The notes beneath the pieces were generated by a model. It ran no database searches and had not been told where the DNA came from. It saw only the letters and a program-made list of their open reading frames with translations. DNA of 33,499 bases from an uncultured Clostridia bacterium. Its GTDB lineage: Bacteria; Bacillota; Clostridia; Christensenellales; UBA1242. Made by a program: the position numbers and the translations under genes. Location: positions 1 to 33,499 of the forward strand of contig CALVMK010000055.1 of NCBI GenBank assembly GCA_944345545.1, given 5' to 3'. Shown here one piece after another: positions 25,083 through 33,499 of this stretch (the stretch's first letter is position 1; every line of letters starts with the position of its first letter).

Positions 25083-25780
25083 AAATTTTTGCTATTTCAG
25101 ACCTTCATTTATCCTTTGGCTCTAATAAGCCAATGGATATTTTTGGTGAGCAGTGGAAAGATTATCTTAATGTTATAAAACAAGATTGGAAAGACAAAGT
25201 TAAACCTGAAGATGTAGTTTTAATTGCTGGCGACATAAGTTGGGCAATGAAGCTTGAAGATACTGTTGAAGATTTTAAGTTTTTAAAAGAACTTTCTGGC
25301 AAAATATTTATGATAAAGGGTAATCACGACTACTGGTGGAGTGGGATAAGCTCTGTTCGTAAAGTGCTTCCTGAAAACGTAACAGCAATTCAAAATGATG
25401 CTTTTAAAGTTGAAGATTACATAATTTGTGGAACAAGGGGTTGGATTGTACCAGAAAATGCAAATTCAGGTTCGGAAGAAGATAAAAAAATATATCTTAG
25501 GGAGCAAATAAGACTTGATTTAACATTAAAAAGTGCAAAAAGTTTACAAAAAAATGGTGAAAAAATAATTTGCATGATGCACTATCCTCCAACAAATGCC
25601 GATTGGCAAGAAAGCGAATTTACAAAATTATTTGAAGCTTTTGGCGTAAGTGCAGTTGTGTATGGACATTTGCATGGTAAATATGTAAAAAGAGATTTGA
25701 TTAAAGAAATTAATGGAATAACTTATTATTTGACATCTTGCGACCAACTTGGTAACAAACTAATGGAAATCAATGTTTAA
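25079..25780 (+). CDS. calcineurin-like metallophosphoesterase
   Basis: DLH, GDISW, GNHDYWW, HYPP, YGHLH motifs. Confidence 0.9.
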   Translation: MKIFAISDLHLSFGSNKPMDIFGEQWKDYLNVIKQDWKDKVKPEDVVLIAGDISWAMKLEDTVEDFKFLKELSGKIFMIKGNHDYWWSGISSVRKVLPENVTAIQNDAFKVEDYIICGTRGWIVPENANSGSEEDKKIYLREQIRLDLTLKSAKSLQKNGEKIICMMHYPPTNADWQESEFTKLFEAFGVSAVVYGHLHGKYVKRDLIKEINGITYYLTSCDQLGNKLMEINV

Positions 25781-25785
25781 TGTAG

Positions 25786-25814
25786 TTGATATTTTCTCCT
25801 TTTCGTGATAAACT
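25786..25814 (+). promoter_or_regulatory. sigma-A promoter of the giant protein gene
   Basis: TTGATA-17 nt-TAAACT with extended TG; the track's TTG start is the -35. Confidence 0.55.
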
Positions 25815-25833
25815 AACGAAAAGGAGTTTTTAT

Positions 25834-28800
25834 ATGAGTTTTGGGCTTTTAGTGTTAATAGTGAACCTAGTTTTGTTGTTTTTTGTTCTTATTGGCTTTT
25901 TAATAGGTCTTAAAAGGGGCTTAAAAAAACAAGCATTATGGATAGCTTTTTTTGTTGGTGCAATAATTTTAGCCTTTATTTTTACGCCTTTAATAACTAA
26001 CAGCATAATAAATATAAAACTAAATATAAATGGAGAATCTCAATCTTTAAGAGACATCATTTTAAGCTATATAACTCAAAACGATGTTGTTGGTGGGCTT
26101 TATCAACCAAACTCTTCTTTTGCAGGAGTGGTTGATAATTTACCAGTAATGATTGCAAATCTTGCAGTGTTTGTTATTGTGCTTTATGTTTTTTTGTTTA
26201 TTATGTGGATAATCTACATGATTGTAGCAAAATTTGTTTTTAAGAAAAACAAAAATAAAGCTTTAGACAGTAAGGTTTATACAATTAAAGAAGGTCAAGC
26301 TGTTGAGTTAGTAGATGTTAAGCCAAAAAAATATAGACTACTTGGCAGTTTGCTTGGTGTTGTTACAGGCTTTTTGCTATGTTTTTTCACTCTTTTGCCT
26401 ATATCAGGAATTGTTGGAATTTATACAGATGCTTATAACACAAAAGTTGCTTATGCACAAGACGAACAAACAGCTGTGCAAAAACTTATAAACGATTATA
26501 TTCCTGAAGAATATCAACAATATATTAAAGCTTATGATAGCACAATTTTAAATAAAGTTGGAGGGCTAATTGGCTTTGATGATTTATGCTTTAATGGTTT
26601 AGCATCTATGAATGTTAATGGAACAAAAATTGTGTTAAGAAATGAAATAGTAACTTATGCAGAAATTTATGATGCCGTTGAGTTTTTAACTACTTTAGAT
26701 TTTAATAACATGGTTTGGAAAAATTTAGATTTTAAAAGATTAAATAAGGCTGTAGATTTAATTTTTGAATCTCAAATATTTAGGAGTTTATGTTCTGAAA
26801 TTGTGCCATATGCCTTAGATTATGTACAGACAGGGGATATTCTTAATAATGTAGAATACAAAGAGCAAATTTTAGAGTTATGTAATGCTTTAGAAGTAGG
26901 TTTTGAAAACAATTATGAAGCAGAAGTTTTAAAAGCAGATTTCAAAGCAATATTAGGGGTTTTTGAAACTGTTTGTGAAACAGGCATAGCAGATGAGCTT
27001 ATGAAAGACACAATAAGTGTTAATACAATTTTTGATACTTTAATAGCAGATAATTGTAAAAATCTTAATGACATATTAAACAATTTCTTCACTTCAACTT
27101 CAGTTAAAAGCTTGTTTGTTGGAGCAATAAATATAGGTCTTGATGAGCTAGAAAAAGCGTTGCCTAACCAAACTGAATTAGATAGAGTAGATGTTTCTAA
27201 GGTAGAGTGGTCTTCCTTTAAAAACGAAGTAAACACAATAGTTTTAAGCGGAGTAGAAATCTATAAAGATTTAAAAAATTCCAATTATAGTATAAATGAA
27301 ATAATAAATGACCCTAAAAAAATATATGAATTAGATTATGAAGGAATAATTAAGGAACTATTCAAAATTTTAGACACAGCAAGTAAAACCAGCGTGTTTA
27401 CAAAAAGTGTTAATGGAACAAACATTTACGACAATCTATTAACTGCATGCCAAGATACAGAAGTTGGAAAATACGTTAATATGGACGCATTTAAAAGCGA
27501 TAAAAACTTTTCTTGGATATCAGAAAGCAATGCTATAGTTAATGTGTTAAAGGAAGCAAAACCAATTATTTTGCAATCTGAAAAATTTAAAAATTTGAAT
27601 TACGCAACTTTAAAAGCATCAATTAATGCACTATTTGATTCTAACATTTTAGATGCAATTAACATAGATATTTTAGACAATATTTCTGTTGAAGACATAG
27701 GAAATGAAGATGCAAAAATAATAGTTCAAGACATAGTAAACGATATGAAGGCAAAAACTTCCTTTAAAGAGTTAGAGCAAGATGTAATGAGCTTGTTAGA
27801 TGTGATTGAAATTTGCGGAAAAGCAGATTTAATAGACCAAATGATAGAAGGAAACGTTAATTTTGCTGAAATAGTTAAAAATCTTGGAGAAAAGGTTTCA
27901 GGTAAGGCTTATTATGAAAGTTTAATAGAAAGCTTTTTATCTTCTGCAATATTGAAAAAGACATTTACTAATTCTATGAATCTTGTAGTAGGAGCGATAG
28001 AAAGTGGAATTAATGCAACACTTGAACGTATAAATCAAAAAGCGGAAGATTGGTCTGGCTGGGAACAAACAGAAAGTGGAATTAAAACCTTATTTGCAGA
28101 ATTAAGTGAAGTTGTAAAAGCTTATGAAGGTGAAGAACTTGTGTTTGGTGTAGAAATGTTCAATGAAAATTTTGTTGCATGCATAGAAAATTTTGGTGGG
28201 GCTCTAGATGCTTTTGCAACACTTCCTATATGGAATTATACAAAAGATGGAGTTAATGGAAATTTATACAACGACATTATTTCTGCGTTAGAAAAAAATG
28301 AAGATTTAGGCTCATACATTAATTTTGGAGAAGCAAAGCTAGAAAATTTTGAAAATAATGCTTTTTGGAAAAACGAATTAATGACATATAAACCTTCACT
28401 TGAAAGACTAATTAGCAAGAAAATTACAATTGACGGAGTAGAGAAAAACTTATTTAGTGCAATTTTAGATGGCGGAGATATTTTAGAAATAGTAAAAACA
28501 TTCACAACTGTAGATAGCGAGGGAGTAGAACCAATTACTAACGATGTGGATACAATTATGAAACCTATTCTAGAAGGTAAGCTTTTAAAGAAAATTGCAA
28601 TATTGATATTAGATGAAATTAACTTTCAAATTGAAAAAATAACAAATAGTGAAGTAACTTATGAAACTTCAACATTAACAAAAATTACTCTTGAAACAAA
28701 CTTGGCTATTCAAGCAAACGATATTTTAAATGTTATTAAAGAAGCAATAAATGCAATTAAATTAGAAAACCCAGAAATCTCTGATTATAAACCATTATTA

Positions 28801-29235
28801 AATGCATTGCAGACAAATGCAGAAGCAGATTATAATGGAGAAAACGGGGTGTTTAAAGAAGCATATCAATTACTTGAAAGTTATGTTAATGGGCAGGTTA
28901 AAAAATCAATAGCGGATAACTTTGGCGTCAACCAAGATGTTTTAGATACTATTGGAGATGTTCCATTAGACACATTATTAGATGTGGCTGACAAAGCAAC
29001 AGTTGTTTTAGATAAAATAACAGATGGAACGGTAACAGCTGATGATGTGAATGCTTTAGTTGATGAGTTAACAAAAACTGAAGTTCAAGAAATAGTTCAA
29101 GTTGTAGCGGATAATGGGGGAAATATAGAAATACCACAAAATATCAAAGAAGATGTTGCAGGATATGTTCAAGAAGCAGGGCTTGATGAAGAACTAAAGA
29201 ATAAACTGTCTTCAATATTTGGAATTGGAGTTTAA
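25834..29235 (+). CDS. large (~1,133 aa) membrane-anchored protein: CvpA-like N-terminal TM domain plus acidic helical repeat region
   Basis: AAGGAG Shine-Dalgarno before ATG 25834; GFLIGLKRGLKK and YRLLGSLLGVVTG CvpA-like motifs; ~290-aa internal duplication. Confidence 0.75.
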   Translation: MSFGLLVLIVNLVLLFFVLIGFLIGLKRGLKKQALWIAFFVGAIILAFIFTPLITNSIINIKLNINGESQSLRDIILSYITQNDVVGGLYQPNSSFAGVVDNLPVMIANLAVFVIVLYVFLFIMWIIYMIVAKFVFKKNKNKALDSKVYTIKEGQAVELVDVKPKKYRLLGSLLGVVTGFLLCFFTLLPISGIVGIYTDAYNTKVAYAQDEQTAVQKLINDYIPEEYQQYIKAYDSTILNKVGGLIGFDDLCFNGLASMNVNGTKIVLRNEIVTYAEIYDAVEFLTTLDFNNMVWKNLDFKRLNKAVDLIFESQIFRSLCSEIVPYALDYVQTGDILNNVEYKEQILELCNALEVGFENNYEAEVLKADFKAILGVFETVCETGIADELMKDTISVNTIFDTLIADNCKNLNDILNNFFTSTSVKSLFVGAINIGLDELEKALPNQTELDRVDVSKVEWSSFKNEVNTIVLSGVEIYKDLKNSNYSINEIINDPKKIYELDYEGIIKELFKILDTASKTSVFTKSVNGTNIYDNLLTACQDTEVGKYVNMDAFKSDKNFSWISESNAIVNVLKEAKPIILQSEKFKNLNYATLKASINALFDSNILDAINIDILDNISVEDIGNEDAKIIVQDIVNDMKAKTSFKELEQDVMSLLDVIEICGKADLIDQMIEGNVNFAEIVKNLGEKVSGKAYYESLIESFLSSAILKKTFTNSMNLVVGAIESGINATLERINQKAEDWSGWEQTESGIKTLFAELSEVVKAYEGEELVFGVEMFNENFVACIENFGGALDAFATLPIWNYTKDGVNGNLYNDIISALEKNEDLGSYINFGEAKLENFENNAFWKNELMTYKPSLERLISKKITIDGVEKNLFSAILDGGDILEIVKTFTTVDSEGVEPITNDVDTIMKPILEGKLLKKIAILILDEINFQIEKITNSEVTYETSTLTKITLETNLAIQANDILNVIKEAINAIKLENPEISDYKPLLNALQTNAEADYNGENGVFKEAYQLLESYVNGQVKKSIADNFGVNQDVLDTIGDVPLDTLLDVADKATVVLDKITDGTVTADDVNALVDELTKTEVQEIVQVVADNGGNIEIPQNIKEDVAGYVQEAGLDEELKNKLSSIFGIGV

Positions 29236-30168
29236 ATGGAATTTTATCACGAACCAATAATGGTTAAAGAAGTTCTGGAAGGGTTAAACATTAACCCTTC
29301 TGGAATTTATTTAGATTGCACTCTTGGTGGGGCTGGTCATAGTCAGCAAATTTTAAAAAGGTTGAACAGTCAAGGTCTTTTGATAGGCATAGACAAAGAT
29401 GATGATGCCATTAATTATAGTTCAAAACGATTAAAAGAATTTGACAATAAAATTTTGGTTAAGGCTGATTTTAAAAATGTCCAAAGTGTTTTAAGCGAAA
29501 AAAACATAGATAAGTTAGATGGGGTTTTAATTGACCTAGGAGTAAGTTCTCATCAAATAGACACAGCGGAAAGAGGATTTTCTTTTTTGAGAGATGGCAA
29601 ATTAGACATGAGAATGGACCAATCTTCAACCCTTACGGCGTATGATGTAGTAAACAAATATCCAGAAGAAAAATTATTAAGGATCTTATGGGACTATGGC
29701 GAAGAAGATTTTGCAAGAAAAATAGTTCATGCAATAATAGAAAAGAGAAAAATAAAGCCAATAGAAACGACTTTGGAACTTAAAAATTTAATAGAAGAAG
29801 CATTGCCTAAAAAATATGTTTATAAGAGTGGTGGGGCAAGCAAAAAAACATTCCAAGCAATAAGGATAGAAGTTAACGGCGAACTTGAACAGCTAGGCGA
29901 AACGTTAAAATTTCTTATAAGCAAATTGAAAAAAGGTGGAAGATTAGTAGTTTTAACCTTTCATTCTTTGGAAGATAGAATTGTTAAAAAAATTTTTAAA
30001 GAGGAGGCAACTGATTGTCTTTGTCCTTCAAATTTACCAATTTGTATATGCGGGCATAAAAAAAGTGTCAAACTTATTAATAAAAAACCAATAGAAGCTT
30101 CAAAAGAAGAAGTTAGTAAAAATTCAAGAGCAACTTGTGCTAAATTAAGAGTTGTAGAAAAGCTTTAA
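29236..30168 (+). CDS. rsmH: 16S rRNA m4C1402 methyltransferase RsmH/MraW
   Basis: HEPIM, DCTLGGAGHS, DLGVSSHQID..ERGFSF..LDMRMD, FQAIRIEVNGEL, TFHSLEDRIVK. Confidence 0.98.
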   Translation: MEFYHEPIMVKEVLEGLNINPSGIYLDCTLGGAGHSQQILKRLNSQGLLIGIDKDDDAINYSSKRLKEFDNKILVKADFKNVQSVLSEKNIDKLDGVLIDLGVSSHQIDTAERGFSFLRDGKLDMRMDQSSTLTAYDVVNKYPEEKLLRILWDYGEEDFARKIVHAIIEKRKIKPIETTLELKNLIEEALPKKYVYKSGGASKKTFQAIRIEVNGELEQLGETLKFLISKLKKGGRLVVLTFHSLEDRIVKKIFKEEATDCLCPSNLPICICGHKKSVKLINKKPIEASKEEVSKNSRATCAKLRVVEKL

Positions 30169-30172
30169 GTTG

Positions 30173-30201
30173 TTGACTTAAACAATTAAATTATATATAA
30201 T
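30173..30201 (+). promoter_or_regulatory. sigma-A promoter of the MarR-like gene and cysS
   Basis: TTGACT-17 nt-TATAAT; it ends immediately before the track's ATG 30202, so ATG 30211 is the plausible start. Confidence 0.7.
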
Positions 30202-30210
30202 ATGGGCGAT

Positions 30211-30582
30211 ATGGAATCGGAAAAATTGTTTGAAATAAGTTTGCTTGCTGACACTTTTTGTAGTCAGCATTCTTTTAGATTAAATTTAAGTAAAATTAAA
30301 ATTTTGTATTTAATAAAAAAATATGAACCAGCACCAGCAAGTTTGCTTATCAATAAGTTAGGGCTTATAAAAACTAATCTATCTTCTGCTTGTTTAGAAC
30401 TTGAAAAGAATGGATACATAATTTCTAAGAAAGGTAAAGAAGATAAACGTTCTAGAAGTTATAGAATTACTGAAGAAGGAAAATTAATTTTAAAAGAATT
30501 TTTAGAAGATATAAATAAACTTTTAAGAGAAGAAAATTTGGGTTTAGATAAAGCACTTGAAATTTTAAACAAAAAAATTTAA
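30211..30582 (+). CDS. MarR-family winged-helix regulator
   Basis: KTNLSSACLELEKNGYI...EDKRSRSYRITEEGK (DxR wing motif). Confidence 0.8.
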   Translation: MESEKLFEISLLADTFCSQHSFRLNLSKIKILYLIKKYEPAPASLLINKLGLIKTNLSSACLELEKNGYIISKKGKEDKRSRSYRITEEGKLILKEFLEDINKLLREENLGLDKALEILNKKI

Positions 30583-30609
30583 AATGAATATATAAAAGAA
30601 AGGAAAAAT

Positions 30610-31995
<1,386 letters not shown>

Positions 31996-32097
31996 TTTTT
32001 CACTGATGTTTAAGATGTTAAACATATTAAATATTGTTCAATATATTAAATATTTAAAAAAATATATTTAATATATTAATGTCAATTTAAAATTATT

Positions 32098-32120
32098 AAA
32101 CGCCTAATGTGGCGTTTTTT
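32098..32120 (+). terminator. intrinsic terminator after cysS
   Basis: AAACGCC-TAATGT-GGCGTTT plus T run. Confidence 0.75.
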
Positions 32121-32216
32121 GTTTATGAAATAAAAAAGGTTACAAAATAAATTAAAAAAATTAGATAAAATTAATAAAACAAAAACCATGATAATATAAA
32201 TAAAGTAGGAGAATTT

Positions 32217-32462
32217 ATGCAAAACACAATAACATTAACAAACAGACAAACTTTAAATATATTAGGGGTAACCAAAGTAAATGGGGTAAGTCCTAGTGAA
32301 GTGGTTTTAGAAATAGAAGGAGATAAATTGATAGTAACAGGGGAAGAAATGGAAGTTCAAACATTAGATGTTGAAAACAAAGTATTAACAATTTTAGGGA
32401 AAATAAACAGCATGAAATTTACAGGACCAAAAGTACCATTATTAAAAAGGATATTCAAATAA
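32217..32462 (+). CDS. yabP: sporulation protein YabP/YqfC family
   Basis: ITLTNRQTLNILGVTKV...L.VTGEEMEVQTLDVE..L.I.GKINSM; precedes a yabQ-like and a divIC-like gene. Confidence 0.85.
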   Translation: MQNTITLTNRQTLNILGVTKVNGVSPSEVVLEIEGDKLIVTGEEMEVQTLDVENKVLTILGKINSMKFTGPKVPLLKRIFK

Positions 32463-32833
32463 TGTTAGGTGAGACCTTATCTCAACCGTTTATTTTTTTA
32501 ATGTTAATTCTGTTTGGTTTTGGAAGCGGAATTATTTTTGATATATCTAATTTTATTTGGAAGTTGTCAAAATGTAATAAAGTTTTAAAACATTTTTTAG
32601 ATTTTTTTGCAACAATTTTTGTATTCATAATATTTTTTGTTTGTATTTTGAATTTTAATTATGGGGAGTTAAGATTTTATGAATTTCTCGTGTTCTTTGC
32701 ATTTTTTGCAATAGAAAGATTTAGTATTGGTAAATTGGTTGAAAAAATAATATCATTGTGCTATAATCAATTTATAAAATTAGTTAATAAGATAAATTTT
32801 CGAGGTAAGAAAAATGACAAAAAGTCTAGCTAA
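32462..32833 (+). CDS. yabQ: spore cortex biosynthesis protein YabQ (N-terminal domain)
   Basis: GFGSGIIFD...FLDFF...NYGELRFY membrane motif; TAATG coupling to yabP. Confidence 0.8.
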   Translation: MLGETLSQPFIFLMLILFGFGSGIIFDISNFIWKLSKCNKVLKHFLDFFATIFVFIIFFVCILNFNYGELRFYEFLVFFAFFAIERFSIGKLVEKIISLCYNQFIKLVNKINFRGKKNDKKSS

Positions 32834-33083
32834 AACACTTATTATTTTATCTGCAATTTTGCTTTTAGCATTATTTATAACTGGAATTGTGCAATCTTTT
32901 CAAATTTCATCTTTGAAATCGCAAGAAGCTTTAGCTAAGCAAAAAAATAATGAAATGATAGAAAACCTTCAAGAAGTCCAAGACGAGATAGATTATAAAA
33001 ATAGCGATGATTACTATAAAGATTATTATGAATTAGAAGAAAAATATGGGCAAGAAGGAGATAAAATATACGAAATAAAATAA
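32814..33083 (+). CDS. septum formation initiator DivIC/FtsB-like bitopic coiled-coil protein
   Basis: Single TM, coiled coil, C-terminal SDDY......YGQEGDKIY; occupies the divIC position after yabQ. Confidence 0.6.
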   Translation: MTKSLAKTLIILSAILLLALFITGIVQSFQISSLKSQEALAKQKNNEMIENLQEVQDEIDYKNSDDYYKDYYELEEKYGQEGDKIYEIK

Positions 33084-33119
33084 TAAAGTTTGGAATTTTA
33101 ATTCCAAATTTTTTATTAA
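33081..33119 (+). terminator. terminator after the yabP-yabQ-divIC operon
   Basis: TTTGGAATT-TT-AATTCCAAA core, extendable arms, T run. Confidence 0.6.
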
Positions 33120-33340
33120 TAAAACAGACAAATTAATATAAAAAACAAAAAAACAGTAAAAATTTTTAAAAGTATTATTTACAATCGATTTTAAAGAAAA
33201 ATTGGATTAAAAAAATAATTATTAAATAAAGAAAATAAATATAATTTCACTTATTAAATGATTTTATAGTAGTTTATTAGTTTTAGGAATTAGAATAGAA
33301 AACTATTAAAATATATAGACAAATAAATAATAATATTTAA

Positions 33341-33499
33341 TTAAAAAAAGTAAAAAAAAGATGAAAAAAGAAAAAAAATAGAAGAAAAATGTAAAAAAAC
33401 AGAAAAATAAGAAAAAAAATAGAAAAAATTAGCCATGATATTTATTTTGTGTTAGATAAGGGAATGTGATACTATATATAGGTCGCAGGTAAGAAGAAA
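33341..33499 (+). promoter_or_regulatory. phased A-tracts leading into a probable strong promoter at the window edge
   Basis: Nine consecutive ~10-bp units each with an A-tract, followed by extended -10-like sequence; the downstream gene is outside the window. Confidence 0.4.

Noticed and set aside
32007-32077. ATATTAAATATT direct repeats and a 14-bp inverted repeat after cysS
   Set aside because: Almost purely A/T, so such symmetry arises easily; no functional consensus recognised.

Overview
Replication-origin region of a very AT-rich Firmicute (Bacillota) chromosome. It is most likely a Clostridia-type organism carrying sporulation genes (yabP-yabQ, a Spo0A C-terminal-like protein, DUF378). 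The code appears standard: TGA is used as a stop, and AGG and CGA fall at conserved Arg positions. The minus-strand left arm reads dnaA-oriC-dnaN-rpmH-rnpA-yidD-yidC-jag, then mnmE-mnmG (truncated). The mostly plus-strand right arm carries parA-parB with two parS sites, a CvpA-family gene, ftsH, three uncharacterised genes, helD, a three-gene G3P-dehydrogenase-like cassette, DUF378, greA, a TM2-like protein, a receiver-less Spo0A-like protein, yqeY, a metallophosphoesterase, a giant CvpA-anchored repeat protein, rsmH, a MarR-like regulator, cysS and yabP-yabQ-divIC. I found no CRISPR array, tRNA, rRNA, transposase, integrase or defence system. Most notable observations: (1) a compact cloverleaf-like element with triloop hairpins between helD and the oxidoreductase operon; (2) a rearranged origin with dnaA-dnaN co-directional with rpmH, parAB divergent from dnaA, and a terminator built out of the rpmH promoter; (3) an NrdR-box-like site inside oriC; (4) the orphan Spo0A DNA-binding domain; (5) a ~1,130-aa CvpA fusion with a ~290-aa tandem duplication; (6) three apparently leaderless genes. 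All family assignments come from reading motifs by eye; no database searches were run.
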